Assembly (NCBI GenBank): GCA_965541615.1
Contig: CBEUCJ010000003.1
Coordinates: 129,941-193,940, forward strand
Direction: 5' to 3'
Origin: an uncultured bacterium
Lineage (GTDB): Bacteria; Omnitrophota; Gorgyraeia; Duberdicusellales; CBEUCJ01
DNA: 64,000 nucleotides
Each line of letters opens with the position of its first letter. Position 1 is the first letter of the stretch. Of the stretch, positions 10,528-22,065 are shown in pieces. Under the pieces are notes generated by a model. The model was given only the letters and a program-made list of their open reading frames with translations. It was not told where the DNA came from and did not search any database. The position numbers and the translations under genes were made by a program.

Positions 10528-11294
10528 ATTAACTCTTTCAAAAATCTCTTAAATTTTTTAAAAAAATCTTTATCACCAAAATTACTATCTATAAATTCTA
10601 AAATTTTACTTCCAATAATTACTCCATCTGCATATTTTAAAATTTGTTCTATATGCCATCTTTTTGAAACCCCAAAACCTACACATAAATAGTTCTTAGT
10701 TATTTTTTTTAAATCCTTTAACCTTTGAATCAAACCTTTAAATAACTTTTCTCTAGGACCTGTAACTCCTGTCAAAGAGACATAGTATAAAAACCCTGTA
10801 GTTAAACTATCTATAAACTTTACTCTTTCAAAAGAAGTTAAAGGACTTATTAAAAAAATATTTGCCAAATTTTGTTTTTGCGATTCCTCCATATACTCAT
10901 AAGCTTCTTCAGGAATTAAATCAGGAATAATTAAACCATCTATACCTACTTCTTTTGCTTCTTTCAAAAATCTTTTTATTCCTCTATTGTAAACTATATT
11001 ATAGTAAGTAAGAAAGATTAATGGAATTTGAGTCCTTTTCCTTATCTCTTTTACTAATCTATAGATATCTTTTAATTTAGTGCCTTTTTCTAAAGAGACT
11101 TGAGTTGCCTTTTGAATTATAGGACCGTCAGCTAAAGGATCACTAAAAGGAATCCCTAATTCTATCATGTCAAAACCTGTCTCTATCAAAGCTAATGTCA
11201 GTGAAAGAGTAGATTCTAAATCTGGAAAACCACAGGTTAAGTAAGCTATTTTTACCTTTTTTTTATCTTCAAATACTCTTCTTATCCTATCCAT
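10515..11294 (-). CDS. trpA: tryptophan synthase alpha chain
   Basis: TIM-barrel TrpA motifs ([14 protein letters not shown]) directly downstream of trpB. Confidence 0.85.
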   Translation of the reverse strand: MDRIRRVFEDKKKVKIAYLTCGFPDLESTLSLTLALIETGFDMIELGIPFSDPLADGPIIQKATQVSLEKGTKLKDIYRLVKEIRKRTQIPLIFLTYYNIVYNRGIKRFLKEAKEVGIDGLIIPDLIPEEAYEYMEESQKQNLANIFLISPLTSFERVKFIDSLTTGFLYYVSLTGVTGPREKLFKGLIQRLKDLKKITKNYLCVGFGVSKRWHIEQILKYADGVIIGSKILEFIDSNFGDKDFFKKFKRFLKELICLN

Positions 11295-12451
11295 TTTTTA
11301 ACTATGTTAATATCTTTATCTCCTCTTCCTGATAAACATACAACTACTATTCTGTCTTTAAATCTCTTTTTAAATTTTTTTAATATGTAAATAGCGTGAG
11401 CAGATTCTAAAGCAGGAATTATTCCTTCAGTTTCAGACAATAGTTTAAAACCTTTAATAGCCTGTGAATCTGTTACTGCAAAATACTCACATCTCTTAAT
11501 AGTCTTATAAAAACTGAGTTCAGGACCTACACCAGGATAATCTAAACCAGGAGCTATTGAATGGGTAACTAAAATCTGACCTTCTTTATCTTGCAAGACA
11601 TAACTCTTTGCACCATGTAAGATACCTACTTTACCTTTACACAAACTTGCTGCATGTTCAGATGTATTTAAGCCTTTGCCTCCAGCTTCTACTCCTATAA
11701 ATTTCACATTATCTTTATAAAAGGGATAAAAAAGACCCATTGCATTTGAACCACCACCTACACAAGCTATTAAAAAATCTGGTAGTTTTTTTTCTAACTT
11801 TAATATCTGAGCTTTTGTTTCTCTACCGATTACTGATTGAAAATCTCTTACTATTAAAGGGTAAGGATGAGGTCCTACCACAGAACCTAAAAGATAGTAA
11901 GTGGTCTTTACATTCGTTATCCAATCTCTAATAGCCTCAGAACAAGCTTCTTTTAAAGTCTGTGAACCACTTAAGACCTCTTTGACTTCAGCTCCTAATA
12001 ACTTCATTCTAAATACATTTAAAGATTGCCTATTATAATCTATCTTTCCCATATAAACTGTGCATTTAAAGTTAAAAAGTGCTGAGACTGTAGCAGTAGC
12101 TACTCCATGTTGACCAGCACCTGTTTCAGCTACTATTCTGCGTTTTCTCATCCTTTTAGCTAAAAGTGCTTGTCCTAAGCAATTATTTATTTTATGAGCT
12201 CCTGTGTGCAAAAGATCTTCTCTTTTTAAATAGATCTTAAATCCTAATTTCTTACTCAAATTCTTTGCAAAATATAAAGGTGTTGGTCTACCAGCATATA
12301 TCTTCAAATAAAATTCTAATTCTCTCTTAAAAACCTTATCTTTTTTTGCTTCTAAAAAGGCAGACTCTAAATCTTTTAAGGCTGGAACTAAAGTTTCAGG
12401 TACGAACTTTCCTCCAAACTCTCCAAAATAGCCTTTTTTATCTGGAAGCAT
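11282..12451 (-). CDS. trpB: tryptophan synthase beta chain
   Basis: PLP enzyme with HTGAHKINN and GGGSNA motifs. Confidence 0.9.
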   Translation of the reverse strand: MLPDKKGYFGEFGGKFVPETLVPALKDLESAFLEAKKDKVFKRELEFYLKIYAGRPTPLYFAKNLSKKLGFKIYLKREDLLHTGAHKINNCLGQALLAKRMRKRRIVAETGAGQHGVATATVSALFNFKCTVYMGKIDYNRQSLNVFRMKLLGAEVKEVLSGSQTLKEACSEAIRDWITNVKTTYYLLGSVVGPHPYPLIVRDFQSVIGRETKAQILKLEKKLPDFLIACVGGGSNAMGLFYPFYKDNVKFIGVEAGGKGLNTSEHAASLCKGKVGILHGAKSYVLQDKEGQILVTHSIAPGLDYPGVGPELSFYKTIKRCEYFAVTDSQAIKGFKLLSETEGIIPALESAHAIYILKKFKKRFKDRIVVVCLSGRGDKDINIVKKWIG

Positions 12452-13088
12452 TTTCTAAAATACCTTCAATCTTTTTTACTTCTCTCATAAAACTCTTTAC
12501 TAATTTGGGGTCTTTTTTTCCAACACAGCTTTCTACTCCTGAAGCAACATCTAATCCCCAAGGTACAAAGTAAGAGAACAATCTTTTTATATTATGAGGT
12601 TTCAAACCTCCTGAAACTATAATAGGTTTTTTTGATCTTAAATTTTTTAAAACCTCCCAGTTAAATGCTCTACCTGTACCCCCTTCTGAATTAAAAGAAA
12701 AAGTATCTAACAAAATTGCATCAGTGTCAAATTTATTTATCTCTTTTAAAGAACTTTTATCTTTAACCTTTATGACTTTTATTACTTTTAGATATTTTCT
12801 TAAATAATCTATATCTTTTTGAGAGTATTGTAAAGAATGGAGTTGAACAGTATCTAAGTTACAGGATTTAGCTATTTTTAAGATTTGAACAGGTGTCCTT
12901 TCTACAAATACTCCTACTTTACTTATAAAAGGAGGCAACTTCTTAATAATATCTTTTGCTCTTTGAGGAGATATATATCTTTTTGATTTTTGATAAAAAA
13001 TAAAACCTAAGGCATCTACACCTTCATTTACACACAACAAAGCATCTTTTAAATTTTTTATTCCACAGATCTTAATCCTTATCTTCAT
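12438..13088 (-). CDS. trpF: phosphoribosylanthranilate isomerase
   Basis: KICGI N-terminus and TIM-barrel PRAI pattern; operon context. Confidence 0.75.
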   Translation of the reverse strand: MKIRIKICGIKNLKDALLCVNEGVDALGFIFYQKSKRYISPQRAKDIIKKLPPFISKVGVFVERTPVQILKIAKSCNLDTVQLHSLQYSQKDIDYLRKYLKVIKVIKVKDKSSLKEINKFDTDAILLDTFSFNSEGGTGRAFNWEVLKNLRSKKPIIVSGGLKPHNIKRLFSYFVPWGLDVASGVESCVGKKDPKLVKSFMREVKKIEGILENASR

Positions 13089-13092
13089 TTTT

Positions 13093-13854
13093 TTACAATT
13101 CCTTATAAATCTTTATCTTTTGAGGACCTGATTTTAAAAGGTCGTATCCTATTAATAAAGCATCTACTTTTAGTTCTTTCAACCTAATTACATCTTCTTT
13201 TCTTTTTATCCCACTCTCACTCACAATTACTTTATCTTTAGGTATCTTTTTTATTAACTTTTGAGTCGTCTTTAAATCTACTTTAAAAGTATCTAAATCT
13301 CTGTTATTTATTCCTATAATTTGAGCATCTATATAAAGAGCTTTTTCTAAATCTTCTAAATTATGGACTTCTACTAATGCTTCTAAATTTAGCTCTTTTG
13401 TTTTTTTATACAAAACTTCCAATTTCTGTTTAGTCAAAATTCTTGCTATTAAAAGAACTGCATCTGCTCCTATTAACTTGGATTCTAAAATCTGAATCTC
13501 ATCTATTATAAAATCTTTTCTTAATATAGGTAAACTCACTTTTTCTTTAACTAACCTTATATCCTCAACACAACCTGCAAAAAAATATGGCTCAGTTAAA
13601 ACTGAAATCGCATCTGCTTTGTAAGACTCATATTGAGAAGCTAACACCATAGGATTATAAGAAGATATAATAATACCTTTTGAAGGAGAAGCTTTTTTAA
13701 CTTCAGCTATTATTTTTAGATTCTTATCTCTTTTTATAGCTTTTAAGAAATCTCTTTTCTCTGTTTTAAAATATGTTTTTTTATAATAGAGAGTTTTTTT
13801 TAAAAAATTTACTCTCTTTTCAGTCAGCTCTAATATTTTAGCCAAAAACTTCAT
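13093..13854 (-). CDS. trpC: indole-3-glycerol phosphate synthase
   Basis: IAEVKKASPSKG motif characteristic of IGPS. Confidence 0.8.
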   Translation of the reverse strand: MKFLAKILELTEKRVNFLKKTLYYKKTYFKTEKRDFLKAIKRDKNLKIIAEVKKASPSKGIIISSYNPMVLASQYESYKADAISVLTEPYFFAGCVEDIRLVKEKVSLPILRKDFIIDEIQILESKLIGADAVLLIARILTKQKLEVLYKKTKELNLEALVEVHNLEDLEKALYIDAQIIGINNRDLDTFKVDLKTTQKLIKKIPKDKVIVSESGIKRKEDVIRLKELKVDALLIGYDLLKSGPQKIKIYKEL

Positions 13855-14870
13855 CTTTGAGAAAACTCTATAAATCTATTTAATATCTCCAAAGGTTTTT
13901 TTGAATCTATTAAATCAGAAGCTAGTTCTACACCTTCTTTTAAACTCTTTGCTTTCTTAGCTAAAAATAAACAAGCTCCTGCATTTACTTCTACTACATC
14001 TCTTTGAGGCATTCTTTTTGCTTTTAATACATCTAAAAATACTCTTTTACTTTCTTCTAAACTATTTACCTGAATATCTTTTATCTTTATCTTCTTTTTT
14101 CCAAAATCTCTGGGTTCTAAAACCATTTTTTTGATCTTTTTACCATCTAAAAACCCTACATATATTCTTTTTGACAAAAATATCTCATCTACTCCAGGTT
14201 CTGACCATACTACAAATGCTCTTTTTACTCCTATGTTCTTTAAAACTTTTACTATAGTATCAATCAAAGCCTTATCATAAACCCCTATAATTTGAATATT
14301 TGCTAAAGCAGGATTGCTCAAAGGACCTGCTATATTAAATATGCTTCTAAAACCTAACTCTCTTCTCACACCTTGCACATATTTCATACAAAGATGATAA
14401 AAAGGAGCAAATAAAAAACCTATACCGATTTTTTTAATGCACTCAGCTGTCTTTTGAGGAGGAAGTCTTATATTCACTCCCAAAGCTTCTAAAATATCTG
14501 CGCTCCCACATTTAGAACTCACACTCCTATTTCCGTGTTTGGCTACTTTTATACCACCAGAAGCTACTACAAAAGCTGTGCAGGTAGAGACATTAAAAGT
14601 AGAAAGCTTATCTCCTCCTGTCCCACAGGTATCAGCTATAAATTCTCTTTTTTTATCTCTCACATTAATTTTAATAGCTTTTTCTCTCATAGTCTTTACT
14701 AAAGCAGTGATCTCTGTTGGAGTCTCACCCTTCATTGTCAGAGAAGTGATAAAACTTGCTATCTGAACATCTGAAGTCTTTCCTTCTAAAATCTCATTTG
14801 CGACTGTATACATCTCTTTAAAACTTAAATTTTTATTTAAGATCAATTTTTTAATAGCTTTCTCTATCAT
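13851..14870 (-). CDS. trpD: anthranilate phosphoribosyltransferase
   Basis: GTGGD and NxAGP motifs; 339 aa. Confidence 0.85.
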   Translation of the reverse strand: MIEKAIKKLILNKNLSFKEMYTVANEILEGKTSDVQIASFITSLTMKGETPTEITALVKTMREKAIKINVRDKKREFIADTCGTGGDKLSTFNVSTCTAFVVASGGIKVAKHGNRSVSSKCGSADILEALGVNIRLPPQKTAECIKKIGIGFLFAPFYHLCMKYVQGVRRELGFRSIFNIAGPLSNPALANIQIIGVYDKALIDTIVKVLKNIGVKRAFVVWSEPGVDEIFLSKRIYVGFLDGKKIKKMVLEPRDFGKKKIKIKDIQVNSLEESKRVFLDVLKAKRMPQRDVVEVNAGACLFLAKKAKSLKEGVELASDLIDSKKPLEILNRFIEFSQR

Positions 14871-15430
14871 ATCTCTAAAAAATTTTTTATAATTTTTTCT
14901 CCTTCTTTAGTTAAAACTGATTCTGGATGAAACTGAACTCCAAATAGATTATACTTTTTATGCCTTATGCCCATGATCTCTTTATCTTCAGATTCTGCAC
15001 AAATAACAAAATCCTTAGAAAGTGTATTTCTATCTATAACTAAAGAATGGTATCTTGTAGCTATAAAAGGATTTTCTACTTTTTTAAAGATGAATCTTTT
15101 ATCATGAAAAATTTTTGAGACTTTGCCATGCATTATTCTTTTAGCTTTAATGATTTTGGCTCCAAAACTATAACCTATAGCTTGATGTCCCAAACATACT
15201 CCTAAGATAGGTATCTTTTTATAAAATTCTTTGATAATTTCACAAGTTAGGCCTGCATTTTCAGGTCTTCCAGGACCAGGTGAAATTAATATTTTGTCAG
15301 GTTTTAATCTTTTTATCTTATCTAAAGTAATTTTATCATTTCTAAATACTTTAAATTTTCTACCTAACTTTCCTATGATTTGAACTAAATTAAAAGTGAA
15401 AGAATCATAGTTATCGATAACTAGTATCAT
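14867..15430 (-). CDS. trpG: anthranilate synthase component II (glutamine amidotransferase)
   Basis: Class I GATase (MILVIDNYDSFT, catalytic GVCLGHQ). Confidence 0.8.
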   Translation of the reverse strand: MILVIDNYDSFTFNLVQIIGKLGRKFKVFRNDKITLDKIKRLKPDKILISPGPGRPENAGLTCEIIKEFYKKIPILGVCLGHQAIGYSFGAKIIKAKRIMHGKVSKIFHDKRFIFKKVENPFIATRYHSLVIDRNTLSKDFVICAESEDKEIMGIRHKKYNLFGVQFHPESVLTKEGEKIIKNFLEI

Positions 15431-16686
15431 TCTTCTATCTTTATTTTTGCTCCTAAAGCTTCTAACTTTTCTTTTAAATTCTCATAACCTCTATCTAAGT
15501 GGTAAACTCTTTGAACTACAGTCTTTCCTTTTGCTCTCAAACCTGCCAATATCAAAGCAGCTGATGCCCTCAGATCAGAAGCCATCACTTCTGCTCCAAA
15601 AAGGTCGTTTGTACCTTCTATTAATAAATGTGGACCTTGTCTTTTAATTTTTGCTCCCATCCTATTCAACTCTGGTACATGCATAAATCTATCTGGAAAT
15701 ACACGTTCTGTTACCACACAACTACCTTTTGCTACACTCATCAGACTCACATATTGAGCTTGTAAATCTGTAGGAAAACCTGGGAAAGGTAGGGTCGTCA
15801 TATTCTGAGCTATAATATTAGAAGGTAAAACCTCTATTTTTTCATCTTCTGTTATTAACTTTGCTTTGCATTCATTTAATTTATCTAAGACTGCTCCTAA
15901 ATGAGAAATCTTAGCACCTTTTATAGTCATTTTACCTTTTGTAATTAAACCTGCCATAATGAAAGTGCCTGCTTCAATCCTATCTGGAATCACTGTGTGT
16001 TCAGCTCCTTTTAAAGTTTTTACTCCTTCAATCTCTATCCAAGGAGTACCTGCTCCTTTTATTTTGGCTCCCATCTTATTTAAAAAATCTGCTAAATCTT
16101 TAATCTCTGGCTCACAAGCTGCATTTTCAATTAAGGTCTTTCCTTTACTTAAAACTGCACACATTAATACATTAGCTGTAGCTAAAACTGATGAGCCGAA
16201 TTCTCCTCCTAAATAGATTCTATTTGCTCTTAATTCTTTAGCACTTCCTATTACATAACCTGATTTTATTCTAAAATTTACCCCTAACATACTCAAACCC
16301 TTCAAATGCAGATCTACAGGTCTCACACCTATCACACAACCCCCAGGAAAAGAGACTTTTGCTCTTTTAAATCTAGCCAAAAGTGGCCCTAAAACACAAA
16401 AAGAAGCTCTCATTCTGCTCACTATCTCATAAGGAGCAAGAATTCTGGGTTTGGTAGTCTTTTGAGTTATTTTTAAAGTATCACTATCAAACTCCACTTT
16501 TTTTCCTAAAAATTCTAATAATTCTTTCATAGTAAAAACATCTACTACTCGAGGGACATTTTTGATTATACACTTTTCAGAAGTAAGGAGGGTCGAAGCC
16601 ATAATAGGTAAAACTGAATTTTTAGAACCTGAAATTTTAACTTCTCCTTTTAAAGATACGTTCCCCCAAATTAAATACTTCTTCAT
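15427..16686 (-). CDS. murA: UDP-N-acetylglucosamine 1-carboxyvinyltransferase
   Basis: N-terminal G.V.ISGSKNSVLPI motif; 419 aa. Confidence 0.9.
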   Translation of the reverse strand: MKKYLIWGNVSLKGEVKISGSKNSVLPIMASTLLTSEKCIIKNVPRVVDVFTMKELLEFLGKKVEFDSDTLKITQKTTKPRILAPYEIVSRMRASFCVLGPLLARFKRAKVSFPGGCVIGVRPVDLHLKGLSMLGVNFRIKSGYVIGSAKELRANRIYLGGEFGSSVLATANVLMCAVLSKGKTLIENAACEPEIKDLADFLNKMGAKIKGAGTPWIEIEGVKTLKGAEHTVIPDRIEAGTFIMAGLITKGKMTIKGAKISHLGAVLDKLNECKAKLITEDEKIEVLPSNIIAQNMTTLPFPGFPTDLQAQYVSLMSVAKGSCVVTERVFPDRFMHVPELNRMGAKIKRQGPHLLIEGTNDLFGAEVMASDLRASAALILAGLRAKGKTVVQRVYHLDRGYENLKEKLEALGAKIKIEE

Positions 16687-17489
16687 TTCTGCAAAATTAA
16701 TATTCTATCTATATCTTGAAAATCTTTTTTGAACCAGAATTTTGAATAAGATAGCTTTTTTAAGATCTTAGAGAGTTCTGATGAATGTTTGTGACCTATC
16801 TCACATATTAAATACCCTTCTTTTTTTAAAAGATCATAACTTTGAAAAATTATTTTTTTAATCACATCTAATCCGTCCTTACCTCCTATAAAAGCTTTGA
16901 TTGGCTCATAAGTTATCTCTTTTTGCAGAGAACCTAATTCTGAAGTTGCAACGTAAGGAGGATTAGCACATATAAAATCAAAGATCTCTTTTTTGGTAAA
17001 TGCTTCTAATAAATCTGCCCTTATCAAACAGATCTTTTCTTTAAGATTGTGAATATGTAGATTTTTCTTTGAAATTTTGATAGCTTTCTCACTGATATCT
17101 ACAGCATAAAGTCTTTTTATATCTAAATACTTACACAAAACTATTCCTATATTTAAACTGCCACAACACAGATCCAATCCTATTAACTCTTTTTTATCTT
17201 TCAAAAGATTTATAGCTTCTTCTACTAAAATCTCTGTCTCTGGTCTGGGGATAAAGACCCCTTCTTCTACTAAAATCTTTTCTCCAAAGAATTCTACATT
17301 CCCGACTATATATTGGAAAGGATAACCTCTTTCTCTTTTTTCTAAGAAATCTTTGATAAGTTCTTCGTTCTCTTTTAATATCTTTACATCATAAATTAAA
17401 AAATCTTTAGTATTCAACTTTTCCTTTAAAAACCAATATATCTCTCTTTCAAATTTTTTAAAGAAATTATGTCTCTTTACTATTCTCAT
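16683..17489 (-). CDS. prmC: release factor glutamine methyltransferase PrmC (HemK)
   Basis: NPPY catalytic motif (CANPPYV) and SAM-binding DLCCGSG; immediately downstream of prfA. Confidence 0.85.
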   Translation of the reverse strand: MRIVKRHNFFKKFEREIYWFLKEKLNTKDFLIYDVKILKENEELIKDFLEKRERGYPFQYIVGNVEFFGEKILVEEGVFIPRPETEILVEEAINLLKDKKELIGLDLCCGSLNIGIVLCKYLDIKRLYAVDISEKAIKISKKNLHIHNLKEKICLIRADLLEAFTKKEIFDFICANPPYVATSELGSLQKEITYEPIKAFIGGKDGLDVIKKIIFQSYDLLKKEGYLICEIGHKHSSELSKILKKLSYSKFWFKKDFQDIDRILILQK

Positions 17490-18558
17490 TTAAAAATTTT
17501 TTAAACTTCTCTTGAATTTCGAATTCTGAAAGTGCCTCTATGATTTCATCTAACTCTCCTTCTAAAATTTCTTCTAATTTATAAAGAGTTAAAGAGATCC
17601 TGTGATCTGTAACCCTATTTTCTGGAAAATTATAAGTCCTTATTTTTTCTGAACGTTCAGCTGTCCCTATTTGAGCTTTCCTCTTTGCTGACATTTCTTT
17701 TTCTTGCTTTTCTTTGTAATACTTTATTAATCTAGCTCTTAAAATCCTCATAGCTTTTTCTCTGTTTCTGATTTGAGAACGTTCATCTTGACAACTTACT
17801 GTGATCTGAGTAGGAATATGTGTAATCCTAACTGCAGAATCTGTAACATTAACGTGCTGACCCCCAGGACCTGAAGCTCTGAAGACCTCTATCTTTAAAT
17901 CTTTTGGGTCTATCTGAAGATCTACCTCTTTAGGCTCTTCTAAAACTACCACACTTGCAGTTGAAGTGTGAATCCTTCCACTAGATTCTGTGATAGGAAC
18001 TCTCTGAACTCTGTGAACTCCACTTTCAAATTTGAATGCAGACCATACTCCTTTTCCTTTCACTGAAAATATAATTTCTTTAAAACCACCTATATCTGTG
18101 GGATGCGAACTTAACACCTCTAATTTCCAAGATTTTTTTTGAGCAAATTTTGAGTACATTCTAAATAAATCTTTGGCAAATAAGCTTGCTTCTTTACCAC
18201 CAGCTCCTTGTCTTATCTCTACGATTATGCTCTTTTCTTCTGTATCTTCTAAGAATAACTTTTTTAATATTTTCCTTTCTAATTCTTTTATTTTCTTTTC
18301 TAAATCTTGTTTTTCTGATGATGCTAATTCTCTGAGTTCTGGATCTTTTTCATTCTTTAATAACTCTTCTGATTCAGATTTCTTTTTTAATAAATCTTCA
18401 TATTGATTGTAAAGTTCAATTAGAGGAGTTAACTTTGATAGTTCTTTGGTAAGTTCTTGAAATTTATTCTTATTTTCTATTACTTCACTTTTACATAAAG
18501 TCTCTTGGATATGAAGATACCTCTCCTTTACTCCTTTAAGAATCTTTTTGAGGAGCAT
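17467..18558 (-). CDS. prfA: peptide chain release factor 1
   Basis: GGQ motif (SGPGGQHVN) and RF1-type PxT region. Confidence 0.9.
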   Translation of the reverse strand: MLLKKILKGVKERYLHIQETLCKSEVIENKNKFQELTKELSKLTPLIELYNQYEDLLKKKSESEELLKNEKDPELRELASSEKQDLEKKIKELERKILKKLFLEDTEEKSIIVEIRQGAGGKEASLFAKDLFRMYSKFAQKKSWKLEVLSSHPTDIGGFKEIIFSVKGKGVWSAFKFESGVHRVQRVPITESSGRIHTSTASVVVLEEPKEVDLQIDPKDLKIEVFRASGPGGQHVNVTDSAVRITHIPTQITVSCQDERSQIRNREKAMRILRARLIKYYKEKQEKEMSAKRKAQIGTAERSEKIRTYNFPENRVTDHRISLTLYKLEEILEGELDEIIEALSEFEIQEKFKKFLNENSKET

Positions 18559-18567
18559 TTTAAAAAA

Positions 18568-18774
18568 TTATATATAATCTTCTCCGTACTTCTTTTTAAA
18601 TTTTTCTACTCTTTTTTCTGAATCTACGTACTTTTGTTTTCCAGTAAAGAATGGATGGCATTTAGAACAGATCTCTACCCTTATATTTTGCTTTGTAGAC
18701 CTTGTATGAACTACATTTCCACATGCACAGATTATGGTGGTAAGTTTATAAGGAGGGTGTATTCCTTTTTTCAT
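18568..18774 (-). CDS. rpmE: 50S ribosomal protein L31
   Basis: MKKGIHPPY...C.CG...[12 protein letters not shown] zinc-ribbon L31 pattern. Confidence 0.85.
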   Translation of the reverse strand: MKKGIHPPYKLTTIICACGNVVHTRSTKQNIRVEICSKCHPFFTGKQKYVDSEKRVEKFKKKYGEDYI

Positions 18775-18791
18775 TTTCTACTCCTTTCTTT

Positions 18792-20084
18792 TTACTGAAT
18801 CTTACCCATACTATTTAAAAACTCATCATTGGTTTTGGTACGTTTTAACCTATCTATCAAAAGCTCTATAGCCTCTACAGAACTCAAATCATTCAAAACT
18901 TTTCTTAACATCCAAATTCTCTGAAGTTTATTTTGAGAAATTAGTAACTCTTCTCTTCTGGTATTGGATCTCTTTATATCTATAGCTGGATATATTCTCC
19001 TCTGAAAAATGTTCCTGTCAAGAGTTATTTCCATGTTTCCTGTACCTTTAAACTCTTCAAATATAACTTCATCCATCCTTGAACCTGTATCTATTAAAGC
19101 TGTAGCAATTATAGTTAAAGAACCTCCTTCCTCTACAGCACGAGCTGCTCCAAAGAATCTCTTTGGTTTATGTAAAGCATTTGAGTCTATGCCTCCAGTT
19201 AAAATTCTTCCTGAATGAGGTTCCACTAGATTATAAGCTCTTGCTAATCTGGTTAAACTATCTAACAGAATTACTACATCCCTTTTATGTTCTACTAATC
19301 TTTTTGCTTTCTCCAAAACTATTTCAGCTACTCTTACATGTTGGTCTGCAGGTTCATCGAAAGTAGAACTTATAACCTCTCCTTTTACCATCCTCTTCAT
19401 TTCTGTAACTTCTTCAGGTCTTTCATCGATTAAAAGGACTATTAAGATCACCTCTGGATGGTTCTTCATTATGGCATTAGCTACTTTTTGTAAAAGGACT
19501 GTCTTTCCACTGTAAGGAGGAGCTACGATCAATCCTCTCTGTCCTTTTCCAATGGGTGAGATCATATCGATTATTCTTGTAGAGAGTTCATCAGGGTCAG
19601 ATTCCAACTTAAATTTTTGATTTGGATAAACAGGTGTCAAATTATCAAAACAGATTCTTTTCTTTGCTTCTTCAGGATCCTCAAAGTTTACAGCTTCTAC
19701 TTTTAAGAGAGCAAAGTATTTTTCATTTTCTTTCGGAGGTCTTATCTGTCCAAAAACAGTATCACCTGTCCTTAACTCAAACTTTCTTATCTGAGAAGGT
19801 GAGACATAAATATCATCGGGAGAAGGTAAATAATTATAATTAGAACTTCTTAAAAAACCAAAACCTTCAGGTAATACTTCTAAAACACCTGACCCAAACA
19901 TTAATCCTTCTTTTTCTGCTTTAGCATGTAAGATCTTAAATATTAACTCTTGTTTCTTTAAACCACTAATTCCATTTATCTTGAGTTCTCTAGCTAACTT
20001 ATGAAGATCAGAAACATTCATATTTTTCAACACATTGATATCTAATTCTTTTTCATTTAATTTAAGTTTTGAATTCTTCTCCAT
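18792..20084 (-). CDS. rho: transcription termination factor Rho
   Basis: Rho N-terminal and CSD domains followed by a RecA-like ATPase ([12 protein letters not shown]); 430 aa. Confidence 0.9.
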   Translation of the reverse strand: MEKNSKLKLNEKELDINVLKNMNVSDLHKLARELKINGISGLKKQELIFKILHAKAEKEGLMFGSGVLEVLPEGFGFLRSSNYNYLPSPDDIYVSPSQIRKFELRTGDTVFGQIRPPKENEKYFALLKVEAVNFEDPEEAKKRICFDNLTPVYPNQKFKLESDPDELSTRIIDMISPIGKGQRGLIVAPPYSGKTVLLQKVANAIMKNHPEVILIVLLIDERPEEVTEMKRMVKGEVISSTFDEPADQHVRVAEIVLEKAKRLVEHKRDVVILLDSLTRLARAYNLVEPHSGRILTGGIDSNALHKPKRFFGAARAVEEGGSLTIIATALIDTGSRMDEVIFEEFKGTGNMEITLDRNIFQRRIYPAIDIKRSNTRREELLISQNKLQRIWMLRKVLNDLSSVEAIELLIDRLKRTKTNDEFLNSMGKIQ

Positions 20085-20650
20085 AGCTTTTCAACCTCCT
20101 TTTTTAGACTTTCCAGATCTTTATTGTTTTTGATTACAAAATCTGCTTTTTTTTCCTTTTCTCTTAAAGGTATCTGCAAATCTATCCTTTTTTTTATCTC
20201 CTGAATTGGAACTTCGAGTCTTTTTTTTGCTCTTTCAATAGAATTTTTTTTATAGGAACTTACACAGATAATGTAATCAAAAAGACCTTCTAATTTTTTT
20301 TCAAAAAGAAGAGGAACTTCTACTATTTTTATCTCTTTTTTATTATCTCTTTTCAAAAAATCTTTTATTATCTTTATTATTTGGGGATGAACTATTTCCT
20401 CCAATTTTTTAAGTTTTCTTTGAGAAGAAAATACAATTTTACTCAATTTTCTTCTATCTATTTCTTTATTAGAATTTAAGATTTGACTTCCAAATTCTTT
20501 TACTAACTGTTTATAAATTCTGGTTCCTTTTTTATAAAGTCTATAGGTTATCGCATCTGCATTCAGAGTTTTAGCTCCCAGAGAAGAAAACATATTTAAA
20601 ACTGTGGTCTTTCCTGTGCAAAAACCACCAGTTAAACCTAAGAAAGGCAT
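20057..20650 (-). CDS. coaE: dephospho-CoA kinase
   Basis: GLTGG.GSGKST-like P-loop at the N-terminus; ~197 aa. Confidence 0.75.
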   Translation of the reverse strand: MPFLGLTGGFCTGKTTVLNMFSSLGAKTLNADAITYRLYKKGTRIYKQLVKEFGSQILNSNKEIDRRKLSKIVFSSQRKLKKLEEIVHPQIIKIIKDFLKRDNKKEIKIVEVPLLFEKKLEGLFDYIICVSSYKKNSIERAKKRLEVPIQEIKKRIDLQIPLREKEKKADFVIKNNKDLESLKKEVEKLWRRIQNLN

Positions 20651-22065
20651 TTATTGTAAATCTCAAGATAACTTTTGGCTGAATCTAACCAACTAAATGA
20701 TAATTTCATAATTCTGTTTCTTACTTCTTTTAATAATCCTTTATTTTTAAAAAGAATTTCAGATTTCTCTAAAGCTTCCATAAAACAGTCTAATTCCATT
20801 TTATAAAAGACAATACCTCTTCCCTTTTTCTCGCTGAATACATCTGTTACAGTATCTTTTAAACCACCTGTACTGTGAACGATAGGAATAGTTCCATATT
20901 TAAAACTTATTAGTTGACCTAATCCACAAGGTTCAAATCTTGAAGGCATTAAGAAAAAATCACAACCTGCGTAAATTTTATGTGCAAGGGTCTCATCGAA
21001 TTTAATATTCAGAGAAAAATATTTTTTATCTAAAGTTTTACTAAGCTCTTCTAATTTCTTATGATAACTCTCATCACCTTTACCTAAGATTATTACTTCA
21101 AACTTCTTTTTATTTAGAATCTGGGGTAACGCTTTGCAGATTAAATCTATACCTTTTTGTTCAGTTAATCTTCCTACAAATCCTAATAGAATCAAATCTT
21201 TATCCTTTTTTAAACCTAATTCTGATTGCAACTTTATTTTATTTAAAGTCTTTGCTCTCAAATTTTTGTTATCATATGTATTGAAAATCAATTTATCTTT
21301 CTTTGGATCCCAGATTTTATAATCTAATCCATTTAGAATACCAAACAAATTATCTTTTCTTTTTCTTAAGACTCCTTCTAACCCACATCCAAACTCTGGA
21401 GTCTGTATCTCTTTACTATAAGTAGGACTTACTGTTATCAAAACATCACTAAACAGGAGGGCACCTTTTAGTATATTTATTTTCCCATAAAATTCTAATC
21501 CGTCAATAGAAAATAAACTCTGGTCTAAGCCTAAAAGAGGAAATTTTTCTTTTTCAAACAATCCTTGATAAGCTAAATTATGGATAGTAAAAGCAGTCTT
21601 TATATCTTTATAAAACTCATCAGAATTTAATTTGAATTTAAGAAAAACAGGGATTAAACCTGTCTGCCAATCATTACAATGAATAATATGGGGCTTAAAA
21701 TTTATTTTTTTAATTATTTCTAAAGTCTTCTCACAATAAAATTTAAATCTTTCTAAATTATCTGGGTAGTCACCAGTTTCTGTCCCATAGAGTCCATCTC
21801 TATTAAAATACTCATCATTTTTTATGAATATAACTTCAATACTTTTGCCTATCTTTGAAATTCCAAAATCTTCAAAATTCTTTTGAGGTTTTATTCCTTT
21901 ATACCAGGGCATACTAATCTTTATTTCCAGTCCCAATTTTTCTAAACTTAAAGGTAAACTCCCTGAAACATCAGCTAACCCCCCAGTCTTAGCAAAAGGA
22001 AAAACTTCTGAAGAACAAAACAACACTTTCATTTTAAAAGACCTCCTTACTTTAAATCTGCCCAA
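20638..22065 (-). CDS. glgA: glycogen synthase (ADP-glucose type)
   Basis: KTGGLADV motif near the N-terminus. The true start is probably the internal MKVLF (about 22032), which would remove the overlap with polA. Confidence 0.85.
   Translation of the reverse strand: MGRFKVRRSFKMKVLFCSSEVFPFAKTGGLADVSGSLPLSLEKLGLEIKISMPWYKGIKPQKNFEDFGISKIGKSIEVIFIKNDEYFNRDGLYGTETGDYPDNLERFKFYCEKTLEIIKKINFKPHIIHCNDWQTGLIPVFLKFKLNSDEFYKDIKTAFTIHNLAYQGLFEKEKFPLLGLDQSLFSIDGLEFYGKINILKGALLFSDVLITVSPTYSKEIQTPEFGCGLEGVLRKRKDNLFGILNGLDYKIWDPKKDKLIFNTYDNKNLRAKTLNKIKLQSELGLKKDKDLILLGFVGRLTEQKGIDLICKALPQILNKKKFEVIILGKGDESYHKKLEELSKTLDKKYFSLNIKFDETLAHKIYAGCDFFLMPSRFEPCGLGQLISFKYGTIPIVHSTGGLKDTVTDVFSEKKGRGIVFYKMELDCFMEALEKSEILFKNKGLLKEVRNRIMKLSFSWLDSAKSYLEIYNKCLS

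Noticed and set aside
20638-22065. 19-nt overlap between glgA and polA suggesting an extended GlgA N-terminus
   Set aside because: The conserved KTGGLADV motif follows an internal MKVLF start (about 22032) that removes the overlap. The extra N-terminal 11 residues (MGRFKVRRSFK) are probably not translated.
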